Shown: positions 1 through 15,200 of the stretch, piece by piece
How the letters are laid out: every line of letters starts with the position of its first letter
Position numbering within the stretch: position 1 is the stretch's first letter
Assembly: GCF_011386835.1 (NCBI RefSeq)
Contig: NC_088806.1
Span: 22,630,001 to 22,694,000, forward strand
Length of the DNA stretch: 64,000 bases
From: Chrysemys picta bellii
Taxonomy: Eukaryota
Direction: 5' to 3'
The notes under the pieces: model-generated
Databases searched by the model: none
Told to the model about the DNA's origin: nothing
Seen by the model: the letters and a program-made list of their open reading frames with translations, nothing else
Program-made: the position numbers and the translations under genes

Positions 1-227
1 AATAAAGAAGCAGCTCTCTCAAACCCATCTTTCACACTAGGTGTATGCCAGTGCTGGTATGATATACCAATAAAGACGGTTAAACAGAACAGAGGTGCAA
101 TTTTCTAGAGTCAGAAGTCTCTTTCCTTTGTGCGCTGAAGAAACCAGCATTTTCAGGAGAAGAAAACGTCTCCGTCTTCTCGAGACGTGTGAAATACACT
201 TTTAAAACAGTCTATTCGAAGCCCCAC

Positions 228-3200
228 CTGTGCTTCCTCAGGGGCATCTGTGTACGCATGGCAGAGTTTCTGCAGAGCTTCAACAGCTGGGCTAATCACC
301 TCCAGGGGACACTTAAACTCCTTCAGCCAGCACTTGATATCATCTGAAAAGAAGGTCAAACACCTAGCTGAGGCGAGTGCTCATGCTAACTGACTATTAA
401 CAGAAAGACAAAAATATAGTGGAGCTGGGAGGCAAAGCTGAACACTGACCCACGCCAAGGCACTCACCAATCAGCCTGCCCTGAGTGTTTCTGGGGAGAT
501 GCTTCGCAACATGGCCAATTACACACAGGATGTGACCTGCGGTATCAGTGCTGGTATTCTGCTGCCTGAAAGGCCGTAAAGGGGACAAATAGAAACATTA
601 ATCTAAGAAGAAAAACTGACTAGAGTCAGAAAATCCTTTCATTTGGATTATGCATGCTGAAGACAGAACTGTCAGGTTGAATGAAAACATGATAAAGCTC
701 GAAGGCAACTTTAAGGTACTGGATTATCGGGTTCTACCTCAAGACTGCAGGCCACTGCTTCTCTCCTAGATGGAAGCACCGTTAGCTTAAATTAAGCACT
801 TTGATCTAAGCAGTCACCAAACAGCACTCTATCTGTGGAGAGGCAGGAAGAGGAGATCGTTCTCTTGGCCCGCCCTGTATGTCTCTTTATTGCCGAATGA
901 TTAAGATAGAGGCACACACCTGCTGACACTGTCCCAGGATTCAATTATCTTGGAGTAATCCAGCTTGGGTGAGGAACCTGCTACCTTTGCGAGCAGCATC
1001 CAGGCTGATACAGCATGCTCTGTTTCCACATGTGACATTACATTATTTATGAAAGTGGAGGAGAATTTCTCCTTCTGGGACCATACGTAAAAAGCTTTGT
1101 TTAAATAACGGCTGCAAGGAAGACAGAAAAGAGAAAAGAGATAAGCACACAACAGACAAAACAGCTAGTCTTGGGAACTGTATTAGGGACCAGCAATTTT
1201 AGCCAGTCCACCCTTCACACAGCCGGCAACACAATGAAGCTGGTGACATTGCCGGCTGGTGGCTATTTATGCAAAAAAGCTTTTACTTCTCATTGTTCTG
1301 AGCAAATCAGGATTTCCATTCTACATTTAACCTCAAATATTTACACCCATATTCCAATTCATAATTCAAGTGCGCACAAAGCTTCTGCCACATAGACATG
1401 GATGTAACACTATACATTTCAGGTCACTGCTAAATTGGGCCCAATGTCTGGTACGCATATAGCCAAGAAAACATAACTAGAAGAATCCAGCAAGGGAAGA
1501 CTTTTTGTGGGCCGTTTCTAGCCAACATCCCCAAGCCAAGAAGAAGATAAATTTGTTATTAAGGGACAGGACTGGGATTTATTGGTCTGGGTTTACCCCC
1601 ATCTCTGAGGAAGCTCACTCTGTGTCATTAGGCAATTCACTTTACCTCTCTGGGCCAAAGTTTCCTCTTTTGTCAAACAAGGACCACGATACTTGCCTTC
1701 CTTCTGCTGGGGGAATTCTGAAACTCAATGTTTATCAAGTGCTTTGAAATTCTCAGTTGGAAAGTGTTATGGATGTGCAAAGTATGATATACAAGGGCCA
1801 AAATTAGACTGGTAAAATAATTTTGCAAGCCAGAAAGACAGCACGACCGACAGATCAGTTTTCTATTTAAGATCTATTGCATGCTGTTGACTAATAAACA
1901 TAAGGCTGCTTTTAATCAGTGTTCTGTCCCTGTCATTTTGTGTGTCACCTCATCTCTTTTGCTACTTCCCACAGCGTTCTGCAAAAGGCAGTAAGATACT
2001 ATTAGTCATAAGACAAGTAACATATTGTCACCAGAATGAAGAGGGAAAAAAAAAAACCCATGTACTCTGATCTCTATAAATATATAGATGGTTAATTTTC
2101 TCATCACCACACCCTCAATTAACTTTAACAGTCCAAATTCCTAGCAATACACCAAAGACACACACCACATGTGTCATTCTCCCATTCAAAGACTGGAGTT
2201 CAGGGAAAAGGCATCAAAGACAATAAAGTTAAAACATCCAATACACGGGAGAATTGTGCTGTGCTCACCAATTGCCAACATAGAAATAATTGGTTGTTGA
2301 TTTTCAGGCCTGCTATACCCTGCCCATTAAACCGGTAGAGCAACACAAGAAGCTTAGAATATAACAATACCCACATTAGCACTGACAGTATCACTTAATA
2401 GTAACATGTACTTGTATTACATCTTTCACCTGGGGATCTCAAAGTGCTTTATCAAAAATTAATTAAGCCTCACAACATCCCTGTGCAGTAGTTATTAAAT
2501 ACATTTTAACTGTAAGTAAACACAGATGCACAAAGGTTCAAGTCATACAGAAAGTGAGTGACAGAGATGGAACAGAACCCTGAACTTGTGTCCCAGTCCT
2601 CTACTCTAACCGATAAACAAGCTACTATTGTTCTACAGTGCAATCAATAATCTCCTGACACAGGGTTAGCTGGACACATTTCACGTGTTTTTATATGAGT
2701 ACAAGCATCATAACAGCAATACATGACTAGAGAAACACGGAGTTGGAAGGGGCTGACATACGAGTCAAACTCCGCTTTATTGACTGGAATTGGCAGTACA
2801 ACTGACCTACCTCAACTCCTGGTTTTCTGCAGTGATGAGGGCAAGGAGATCCCAGGCCAGTGTCTGGTTTCGGTCTTCATGCGTGAACTTACTATAGTGT
2901 TTAATGTGCTGCAACAAAAGTTGATCAAGGCAATCCAAGGCCTTTTCCTGCACAGAGTTCTCATTGTCCATCACAACAGGGACCACACCTGTTAACCAGG
3001 CCTTCTGTATCATAACATTATTGTGTTGAGTCTAAAGAGAAGAAAATTCCATATTAGAAATACTTTGAAGCCAGTAATTCAGATTCTATGCATTCAGATG
3101 CTATGGTGGGATTAATGAGAGCCGAGACATGCTGACAGACTCAAGAAATTTTAGTTTCCAAGGTACTGATGGAACAATATTGAAGTCTTAGAATGTATGG

Positions 3201-6200
3201 GACCAGTAGCCTTAAATCTCTTCATCACCATGGAATTGCTGAATATTATATTCATGATCACGGTATCAGTTATTCCTACTGACCTGAGGTTTGTAATATT
3301 TATTTACTAAAACTAAAACCAGTGTGACACAGTAAAGCACTACAACAGGCCACTTAAAATGAGCAGTAGTGAGCTGTGCCTAAAAAAACTTGTGCTCTTA
3401 TCCTACTTTCCTAACCTTTTGTAAATAAATATCAAAGCAGGAAAAATCTTTCAATGATACAATCTGCATACTGCAATCTCAGTACGATTCAGATTTTTTA
3501 TTTTTTTTTAACCTGACAAGGTGAATAACAAACGTACCAATTTGCTACAGGAGAGCTGTATCAGAGCCAAAAAGAGATGTTTTTAACAATAGGAAATGTC
3601 TAATGTTATTCACAACTATGCGTAAGAGTAAGATATGTCTTTCATGTCATAGGCAACGAAGTTAAATCAATCTAAAGAAATTCAGTGGAGAAATAAGTGG
3701 CTAATAATTTATGGGGTCTTTTCCCTCTTTTTTCCCCTTTACATAAAATTATACTCTGCCAGTCTTGATAAATATTGTGCATTCTTTCCCTCACCATAAG
3801 GAGCTCTGTAATCGACTGTAGTGCCTGCTTCCGTACAGAGACGGCAGGGTCCCGGCAGCGATCTTGAAGAGTGGACAAGTCTTCTGGGGTACATGGGATC
3901 ACCTTGTGCTTCAAAATACTCATGAAGACCTAGAAATCAATCAATCACCATGACAACACTGATAGGAATACAATGGGTGCACATTTGGCTGCCAATGAAA
4001 AATCCAATCCACTTCCTATTGATTTCAATGGGAGAAGAACTGGTCCCCATGACAGTAAATCCCAAGACTTAGAGGTACACCGGGGGACACAAAAACTGAA
4101 AGTGAACAGGCTTTGTAACAGCACTTAGGTAAAGTTAACTTCACCTTTCCTCCTGTACAGTCACAATCAGTTTCCCTTTGCATTTGTGTGGGTCATCACA
4201 CAGTAACAAGGGAAAGGAAAACATTCTAAAGACCCAAAACAATACATTTGTAAAAGCATAAATCAACTATCAAGAGAACTGTGGGGCCAGGATTATATGC
4301 TTAACTATTTTCATTTTTTTTTTTTAAACTGACTAGATTTCAAGAGGACAGTCTCTTTCAAGACCAACTGCCTGTTATTTTAAGATTTTTTTTTTTTAAA
4401 CTAAAGTAGCACACTCCAAAATCGAAGCTGGATAAAATCCAGTTCCTTTGTAAATGAGTTCATGAATTCTTGACTAACTACCCAACTAACATGCCTCAAT
4501 TTATATAAGGAAGTTGCTTAAATTAAAAGCCTACTGACATTTGAAAAGAAGGCCTATTTCTAAAGGATGGAACAAGTGATCTTCAACGAGAGTACTGGTA
4601 GAATTCTTCATCATCATTGTGCTTGCATTAGTCACTCATCAATCATCAGGAACAAGTGGAGAAGGCATTTTGAAAGACCTGCCTGTATGCTGCAGGAGCA
4701 GAAAAATGAGGCCAGGATCCATCAATGAGCTCCATGTGGGCAGATCACTGCATGAATTCATTGCAGGATGTTAGCCTACATGTTTATATTAATAGCACAC
4801 AGTACTCAGTAGAGAATATACCTGGAGTGCAGACTTCCTGACATTTGTCTTCTCATCCCCTGCTCTCAGTCTCAGCATAACCATGATCTCCTTCCCTGTC
4901 CAGGGAAAGCATGGAAAGAGAGTCATGAGATCCAACACAGGTAGAGACTGCAGCACCACCAGGAGATACCGATAGGGCAAGCAGCACGCTCTGACAAGGT
5001 AGAGCACAGCTCCGCACTCTGTTGAGCATCAGTTGTTGACAGGGAAAGAAAAACCACACACGATCTGGCAGGTAAACCAAAGAAAAACTGATTTTCAAAT
5101 ACTTTATTTGTAATTTTAAATATATTTGTATTGTTTTCATATTTTAGGTAAAATCCTGAAAGGAAAGTTATGTATAGAAGAATGGCTATACTGGGTCAGA
5201 CCAATGGTCCATCTAGCCCAATATTCTGCGTCTGACAGTGGTCAGTGCCAGTGAACAGAACAGGGCAATTTCAAGAGATCCATCCCCTGCCACGTCCAGT
5301 CCCAGCTTCTGGCAGTTGGAAGTTTAGGGGCACCCGGCGCAGGGGGTTGCATCCCTGACCATCTTGGCTAATAGCCATTGATGGACCTATGCTCCATGAA
5401 CTTATCTAATTCTTTTTTGACCAAGTTATACTTATCCATGTTTACTCCAAGGTCTCTTTCGTGTGTTTTAACGGCTAATTTAGAAACAATCATTTTGTGT
5501 ATATAGTTGGGATTATTTTTTCCAATGTCCATTACTTTGCACTTACCAAACACTGAATTTCATCTGCCATTTTGTTACCCAGTCACCCAATTTTGTGAGA
5601 TCCCTTTGTAACTCTTCGCAGCCAGCTTTGAACTTAACTATCGCATCATTTGCAAACTTTGCCATCTCATTCCTTACCACTGTTTCCAGATTATTTATGA
5701 ACACTTTGAACAGCACTGGTTCCAGGACAGATCCCTGGGGCACCCCGCTATTTACTGCTCTCCATTGTGAAAACTGACCATATATTCTTACCATTGTTTC
5801 CGATCTTTCAACTAGTTACTGATCCATGAGAGGACCTTCCCTCATATCCCTTGACTGCTTACTTTACTTAAAAGCTTACTTTACTTAAAAGCCTTCAGTG
5901 AGGGACATTGTCAAAGGCTTTCTGAAAATCCAAGTATACTATATCGACTGGATCACTCTTGCCCACATGCTTGTTGACTCCCTTAAAGAAGTCAAATAGA
6001 TTGGTGAGGCATGAATTCCCAGAGGTAATTCTGTTCTTCATTATAGTTTCAACCAATTTTCCTGGTACTGAAGTTAGGCTTATTAATTTCCAGAGGTGAT
6101 CCTGGCACCTTTTTAAAAACTAGGTGTTACATTAGCTATCCTACAATCAACCAGTACAAAGGCTGACTTAAGCGACAGGTTACATACCACAATTGGTAGT

Positions 6201-9200
6201 TCTGCAATTTCATATTTGAGTTCCTTCAGAATGTTTGGGGGATACCAACTGGTCCTGGTAACTTGCTACTGTTTAATTTATCAATTTGTTCCAAAACCTC
6301 CTTTACTGACACCTCAGTCTGGGACCGTTCCTCAAATTTGTCACCAAAAAGGAATGGCTCAGATGTGGGGATCACCTCTACATCCTCTCTAATATACTGG
6401 GACCAACATGGCTACACCAACAATTTTTAAAGGATACCTTTTTGTCTCTAATCACCTCTTTCACTCTGGTATTTAGCCACGTTGGCATTTTTTTAGTTCT
6501 ATTATTCTTTTTCTTATTTGGGGTGTACATTTAGTTTGAGCCTCTATTATGATGTTTTTAAATAGTCTCCTTGCAGTTTTCAGGCATTTTACCCTTGTGA
6601 CTGTTCCTTTTAATTTCCATTTAACTAGCTCTCTCATGTTTGTGTGGTTTCCCTTTTTGAAGCTAAATGCTACTGTGGTGGGTTTCTTTGGTATTTTCCC
6701 CCCTTCGAGTATTCTAAATTACTATTACCGAGCGGTTCAGCTATATTCATCTCTTGGACCAGATCCTGCATTCCACTTAGGACTAAATCAAGAATTGCCT
6801 TTCCCTTGTGGGTTCCAGGACAAGTTGCTCCATGAAGCAGTCATTTAATATGTCTAGAAGTCTCTGCAACCTTCCCTGAGGCAACGCATACCCAGGCAAG
6901 AGCATAGTTGAAATCCCCCATTATTATTGCCTTTTCTGCTTCTGTAGCATTTCTAAACGTTTTGGAAAAATAAAATAAAAAGAATATGTAATTTGTGACC
7001 AATTGTTTTTCTTTATAAAGGGCCCTCAGATCATTTTTAACCTTAAAAGCCTTATCAAATTAAAACCGTGCAAAACTCTCAAGAAAGTCTGTATGATGGT
7101 AACTATGCTGTTTGTGGGACAGATTTGGGTAGCGGGACATGAGAAAACTGCTCGGAAATAATCTAAGATGGGTTACAAGCCTTACACACTAGAATCTCAG
7201 TATGCTTTACAAACATTAGTGAATTAAACCTCACAACCCCTTGTGATGAAGGAAGTATTAATAAATCTATTTTGCAGACGGGAAATTTATGGCATAGAAG
7301 GGTCAAGTGACTTGCATGAAGTCACAGAGTCAGTGGCAGAGCAAAAATAGAACTCAAGAGTCCTGGTGGAAGCAGAAGAACACTTCCGCTCCCTATACAT
7401 GCAAATTAGGCCTAAAGCTTTATTTTCCTTGCCCATACTGAAACAAACTTTTACACGTGATTAGGGGAAATTATATAGTCTACCAGCGAGTTTATTAATT
7501 GGTAGATGTAACTAGGCTCCTATATTGTCAGTTATCACCCTTGACACACAGAATTATCAGCATTAAAACTGGTTGTTCTGGCGAATTAGTTTCAATCCTG
7601 CTGTTATCTTTCAGAGCTCCTATAGTGGAATTTCCTACATGTTCATCTTCTTCTATGTATACTTTGCAAAGTCTCCGTGTAAAATGATTCCCCAATTAAA
7701 CAGTGTTTCTATAATACATGTCTAGCTTGGAGCACTGTGCTTCTGTGTTCTGGTCAGTAAAAGCCTGATCCAAAGCCCTCTGAAGTCAATGGGAATCATT
7801 CCACTGTCTTTAATGGACTTTGGATTGGGCCCTAAATGCCTTTTTTAATGGGCAGCTATTCTCTCCACTTGACTCCAGCTGCTAGATGGCTTGGTAATAT
7901 CAGATTCTTTTACTGGAACAGAGATATACTGCCTCAATTAGTAGCAACAAGTTTTCTGGGGAGGTCAGTCCATGACAAACTAAACTATTGCAGGGGGAAC
8001 CAACTAGCTAAGATAATCATGCTCTTGCCAACTGGCACTGTCTGAGCATTTCAGCATAATGGACGGGAACAGTATCAAGGTGACCTTCAGCAGGCAGAGA
8101 AGGACTAGAAAGGGAACGAACATGATGTAGTACACATCATGCACTGCATGCTGTGTAACATACATTAGCCCTATTGTACTCCTGGGGGAATTCTGCATCA
8201 AAATATTCTGCACCAAATATGCACACAATATTTGAAAATTCTGTAAAATTCTTCATATTTTATTGGTCGAATGGTTTCAATTCTTTCGGTAATTTAGTTA
8301 AACTACAATACAATGGATGAAGAATTGGAGTGGGGAGCATTGGAGGAAATCCCCAAACTCCCTTTCAGAATAGTAATGTAGCAAGGTTTGACCCTTTATT
8401 TCTAGTTTAATAGAATATCAGTGTTGGAAGGAACCTCAGGAGATCATCTAGTCCAAACCCCTGCGCTCAAAGAAGGACTAATCCCCAGACAGATCAGATT
8501 TGTGCCCCAGATCCCTAAATGGCCCCCTCAAAGATTGAACTCACAACCCTGGGTTTAGCAGGCCAATGCTCAAACCACTGAGCTATCCCTCTTAGTCAAC
8601 AAATATATACAGTCATATGCTCAGGGTTACATCATAGGCAACTGAAGAACAAATGAGGGCTGAGGAATCAAACTCACAGTTTGTATGGGCTACTGACCAT
8701 CTCCAGAAAGGTCAGTAGCAAACAGTTCATGGAGTACATTTTGATAAGAAGTTTTTTCAGTCCAAAAATTTAGACCAGTTTTAATCACTAAAGCACCTTA
8801 AGCATTTATAAGGCCATACTATCCTTCACACCATTCTGGCCATGTAAAGGAGCCTTAAAACTTTTACACCTGTTTTATACTCCTGGGGGAGTCCTCTAAG
8901 AACAATGGGAACAAATCCCTAAAAAGGCAGGCTGCTACACTCTGCTCTGCCTGAGAGGACAGAGCCTGCCCGACACCTCACTCCTCAGAAACACCCCAAA
9001 GTTCTGCCCCTCCCTGCCAAGTGTGCTGCAATAGCGAGCGAGAGGGACAGTCTCTCTCTCTCTTGCATGACTGCCCAGCCCTTCCCCTCCCCCACGGCGG
9101 TGATTTATGTCTCAACTGGCTGCTCCAGGCACCCAAACCACCCTGCCTGCGTGACCACTCTTGCGGCTTCCTTTGCTTCCCCTTCAGAAATCATTTTTCT

Positions 9201-12200
9201 GCAGGGAAGCAAAGAAATTTGCTGGGGACATGAATTCTGCACACAGGCAGTGATGCAGAATTCCCCCAGGAGTAGCCCCATTGGGCCAACACCCGGTATT
9301 CTTTTGTCTCTTCTATATATGGGTTTGGTCACATTTTGAATACATTGTTTAACATTTCTTTTCTTCCTAAAATATTTGAACTGTGTAGTCCTCATGTAAG
9401 TAAGAAATTAGCACAGGCCTGAGTCAAGTATAATGCAGCCAGACAACTCTGCTAATGTACCTCAACTCTGGCTCACATGTCCCCAGTGTTCCACCTATCC
9501 AATCAAGCACAGCCAGCCCACTGCACTAAGTTATTGTTATTAATTTGTTTTATTAAGTGCCACACTCCTTACTCCATGGAGCCTACAACCTAAATAGAGA
9601 ACACATCATACACTGAGTGGCCTAGAGGCATTTCTATCGGAGAGAGTAATACTTATAAGAATATCATATGTTTTACTGAGTGGATTCTTATTGGTTTTAA
9701 GGAAGGATTTTAATAGAGAAGATGGGGGCCTGTCACACTGAGATAGGGAGGGAGTTCCTGTGTAGGGAGCAGCATGGGACAAGTAACAAAGACATACATG
9801 AGGGACACAAGGGGAATAGTGAAGTGGGATTATTAGCTGTACAAAGGGAATGGTGGTGGGAGGAGTAATAAATATGAGAGCAAAGATGTAGGTACAGCTG
9901 TGCAGTTCCCAAAAGCTCTGGACAAGATGCCTGAACATGAGGTGGAAAAAGAAAAGGAGCCAGTGGAGGGATTCTAAGAAGTTAATAATGTGATACATGC
10001 TGAGCTGCCAAGCTGCGCACTAATTTCTGTTATGTGGACAAGTTAGGACTAGTGGCTAGCCATGTTGCATCAGTCCATTTACCCTCATAACCTGCTTTCA
10101 GCATTAGCCAATACCTGATGCTGCAGAGAAGTGAATTCCACTCCCACATAATGCACCTAGTCAGAAGTGCAATATTTTATGTGGGGAAAACATATTTGTT
10201 CCTTGTGCACTGAAGCAAGAGATTTTATTAATATTATCATAAGCGATGGAGCTACAAGTGTTACAATCCACCTAATTTACTCCTTCCAAAAGAGATGGTA
10301 ATTAATCTGTTTTTTGACAAGTGCTTCTGCCACATCAGTAGAAATGAACATCAATATGTCAAGATTAGATATACTTTCCAGAGTGGTCCATCCTGACTTA
10401 AATGGAAATAGAATTTCTTTAAAACTGAAAATTCCACTTCTCCCCTCATTACATATAAGTGGAACCTAAAATCTCCATGGAAATATCTGTCTACTTGTAT
10501 AGAAAACTAGATGCTGAATACACATAAGAGGATATGATTGCCATTAGACATTGCCAAAACCTAATATCAGCTGAAAAGACAAGTGTGATTTTAACGTACC
10601 ATCAAACATAGTGGTATCACCATCCCTGGTCAATTCAATGGTCTTGAAAGTCGGAAGAGTCTTCAGTGGATGGTCGGAGTGAGCTAAGAGAAGAAAAGAA
10701 AAAAAAAAATCAGTAAATCAAAGGATTGAGCATACAAAAAGGACACGTTCTCTGCACAGTGTGGCGCATCACTAAATGGAGAATGTTATGTACCCCCCCA
10801 AGATTTCATATATCAAAATTATTTCTCTGTAGAGAACATAAGGCATGTGGAGGAAAAAGAAACATTTATAAGAGAAGACTTTACCTTCTGTGTGGGTTAC
10901 AAAACTCTCAGGGCAGTTGTTTGTGTCTAAAAGTGTATGACCAGAAGCTGCAGAAAGAAGAAAAAGATTCAAACAAGATAATTCCATTCAGGATTCTTCT
11001 TCTTTCCAAAAATAATCAGCAGGTAATCTAAGAATAGGATAAAAGCCATCTGGCTTTTATCACACCATGGGAAGTTTAGAATACTAAACAGGAGAGATTT
11101 AAACTTCCCAGACACTAAAGGTTTCTGAAGATATAACTGTGTGTCAGGAATGAGGAATTTATTTTTTAAATGAGTCATTTAGTAGTTTGTAAATGTCTTT
11201 CAAAGTCATCACACAGAGGAGTCTATTTAAAACAATCATATTGTCAATAAAGCCTTTCTAAATATAAGTTGTAATGAGTAACAAGACACATCTACCTTTT
11301 CATTTTGTCATAACAGCTGAGGGACCTCGGCCCAGATTTCTAATTCCTTGACAATTAGATCTTTGATCTCCCAATAATTATTTCCCCAAAAATTCAAGAG
11401 ACATTTAGCAATACTGAATTCAGCTGCCATACTTACTGCCTTGTAATAGCTCCTGTATACTCTCCAATGTAGTAGCAGTTTTCATTTCCAGACAGTAAGC
11501 AAAACTGGATAGTGCTTTGCTGCGGACCATAGGTGCCTTGTCTGAGCAGCGGCCAAACACCATATCCTGCACCAGAAACTTGTGCTTTAGAAGCTTCTGA
11601 TGATCCACAGACAAGGAGCTGTCCGGTTTCCTCTCCGGCAGGTCCAACAGAGCTAAGGCTACATCAAGGGCAAACACTCTGTAGGGAATCTATGGAAGTG
11701 AAGAACACAAGATTCTCTATTATGGAAGTGTTAAAGCACCGAGACATCTATCACAGCTGTAATCTAGTTGCTACGAGCCATCAGCAATAAGAAAAATACT
11801 ATTTAGTACTTATATAGTGTTTTACATGCTCAAAATACAGCTTTGTCCAAAGGTCTGGTGTATTAAATAGGATATACACTTACCTTGGTATTATGTGAGT
11901 ATCTATAAAGCCAAGCTATAAAGTCAGCATACTCTGCACAAGGGAGCTTATTCAGCAATTGCATCAGGGCTTGCGCGGCATAGGTACGATAGTCAGCTTT
12001 ATCTGGGACCTGAAATACAAGGACAAGGGAATTTGCCAAGACCAATATTCGGATGGTCTGTTATGATAGCTAAAACGCATTTCAGTCCTCAGAATAAATA
12101 TCAGTTTATTCAAGAGGGGAATATGGCCTAGCAGTTCGAGCACAGGACTGTCAATCAGGAATTCCAGCATTCTAAGCTTGTCTTTGCCAATGGATCAACA

Positions 12201-15200
12201 TATGGCCTCGGGCAACTCTCAAACCGTCAAAAGCAAAGATTCCCCCTTTATAAAATGGGGATAATACTAGCTTCCCGAGGCGACTGAAGACTGGAAAAAC
12301 TTGATCTTGATTTAAAGGGTGATCCATGGACAGCTGGCTGGTCACAGGGCTCTTGTAAACCTTAGCCAGGATGGGTAAGGAATGGTGTCCCTAGCCTCTG
12401 TTTGTCAGAGGATGGAGATAGATAGCAGGAGAGAGATCACTTGATCATTGCCTGTTAGGTCCACTCCCTCTGGGGCACCTGGCATTGGCCACTGTTGGTA
12501 GACAGGATACTGGGCTAGATGGACCTGTGGTCTGACCCAGTACGGCCGTTCTTATGTTCTTGTTATGTTGTTTCTAGCTACTAAAGTCACACTGACAGTA
12601 ACTACATATATGTTAAATGTTTCTCTATTTTTACTTGGCCACATAAGTTATTGCTTTGTCACAGGATTTTAATTTTTTTTGTTAAAGATGTCAATAGAAG
12701 GACAAGCAATTGTGAACAGTGGAGAAGTGTCCATGAAACTCTCTCTGCTAAGATTCGTGCCATACTTTGACAGTTTGAAAACACTTACACGGATCTAAAG
12801 AGTCACTCTGTCACAAGAATCTCAGACATACTAAAATACCCAACAGAAGAGCCATGGTGATAAAGTTTTTTAAACAGTGAAAGTTAAGGAAATGGATTCT
12901 CCACGTTCGTTCACAGGCATCACAGTCTATCCAAGAATAGTGCCACTGTCTTAGATCCGAGATATAAAAAGGAGCTAACATACCTTGGCACAGATATGCT
13001 GGAGTAAGATTCGGAGCACAGGAAAGGCGACTTCCTTTAGTTCGTCTACTATAGAGCTGCACAAAACAGAAACAAGCAACTTATAACAGGTTGCTATTGT
13101 AATAGGGAGCAAAAAATTAGCACAAGGCCATCTCCTACATTCAGACAGGCAGCTGTACACAGAGCTTCCTTATTCCTACTCTGACTGTTAAATATTGTTC
13201 ACTGGTCTCTGTATAAACTGTGCTTTTAAAATATTCTTGTTTCAAAGTGCAGGAAGAGGAAGTCAGAAATAGCAGCTGCTCCGAAAAGCAACACATTAGA
13301 AGTAGTGTACTAAAAACAAACTCCATGTAACAGTTAGCTAACCCTCACCCTCTTGTGACTGCTGCATAGGATAACATCGTAAAGCTCCATACCTGGGTCA
13401 GTTCTGGAACTAAGTCCACCAGTACCCAAGTGTTCGAAGTCCTCACCAGTTAGTTGCAATTAAACAATCATTTAGATAGAGCCAAAAACTCTAGCAGCAC
13501 TTTGCAAAACAGAATTAGATATGTCCTGTCTGTCCCAAACACCTGCATTCTATAGTAGACAAGATAAGGGACAGCAGTACAGGTAGGGGATGCACAGAAA
13601 GATGAAGAGCCTATACAAGAAAGATTCCTGTAAGGAACAGGTTTTAAGAATAGGGTTTGAGGAAAGAACGGGCCCTTGGCAGATGAAAAGTAGGATATTG
13701 TTCCAAGTATAAGGGACAGCACAAATGAAAGCAAAAAGCTAACAAACAGAAAGATGACTGGAGAATTAAAGGATAAATTCCTAACTAAATGTCTCCTTCA
13801 CCACACTCGATAATGAACTAAAATCCCCCCAATTTGCTGCAAGTCTAAAACAGGAGATCTTTGCCCTCCCATCCCACTTTTCAACATTCAGTTTCGTCCG
13901 TCCCCCGCCCCCGAAGACAAGTCCTATGTTAGCTCTTATGACAGAAATTGAAATTAATCCTCACCTATACACAACAGCTTCAGAATAAGCCTTAGTTATT
14001 CTAATCCCTCTATTAACTAGCAATGAAGAGTAAGATAATGCCAGAGGGAAAACCCAACAACTTTGTACTTCACCTGATGAATTTTATTCCCTGATTCCTA
14101 GCACCAATAACCTGTGGTGTGACAGAAAGGGCTGTATGCCTGGATCCTTCTTCCCCTTCCACCATGAGGATGACATTAAGGAGACGATGGAAGATACGGT
14201 GCAGAGTCTGAAAGAAAAAGACACCCAGAATCAGCTGATCTTCAGCAACAGGTACAGGAACTAGACCACCACTCTGCCTTGGTTAATAAAATAATCCAAG
14301 CAGGTTCATACTAAACAATTTTCCCTAACAAAATCTGAACAGAATACTTTAAAAGGGAAGCTACATACACAGAGAGCATCTTTTTTATACTGGGGTTATA
14401 CTTACCCTAACTGATGTCATACAAGCCTGAAAAGACCTAAAACATTACTTTCCAGCAGGGCAATCAAGTTAAAAAGGTGCATAATTTCAAGTGGAACACA
14501 ATACAGGAGTAACTGGTTGAAATTTAACAGCCTTTGATGTATAGGCAGTCAGGCTGCTGGCCTTAAACTCTATGAATAAGTTAAAACAGAAATCCACAGA
14601 ATTTGGGGAAATTCATTATTTTCTCACAGAAAACACCTTAAATTAAATGCCTTTGCTTCCTTATGCACTGATGGTGCAGAAGGTACATTTTTGGCATTCC
14701 ACTGCTTGACATAATTTAGCTGTCACACTGTCCCTATTATTCATATCATTTGACTGAGGGGCCTGAAAAGCGAAGAGATAGAAAGGAGGATTAAAACTCT
14801 GAAAAATGAGCACTAGTGGCCTCTTGACATTGTATTACAATCCAGAAAAACATGGATACTTGGTAAGTTTACATGCTCTATGGAAACAGGTACAATATAC
14901 AAATAATTAAGCATTTATGCGGGGTGCTTGATTTAACAAAATAATAAAAAAGGCCAAACTGTAGACTTCTGCTATGATTAGAATTTTCTGCCAATTTGCA
15001 TTAATCCTGTTTAAAACAGTGTGTAATATTCCCACAATCCCCACTGTCCACTATCACCAAACAATGCCACAGAGACTACTAACAGATAGAATTAGAGCAC
15101 CACCTAGCAGGAAGCAAAAGAATTGTCAGTTCAAGTCAGTAACTGTTCAGATTCTCTGCGCTAAGATAGTAAAAAGATGCAACTTTACATAGCTATCCTG

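Noticed and set aside
8520-8590. tRNA gene
   Set aside because: A and B boxes are present, but it is the head of a SINE continuing into a CR1-type tail, with no complete cloverleaf.
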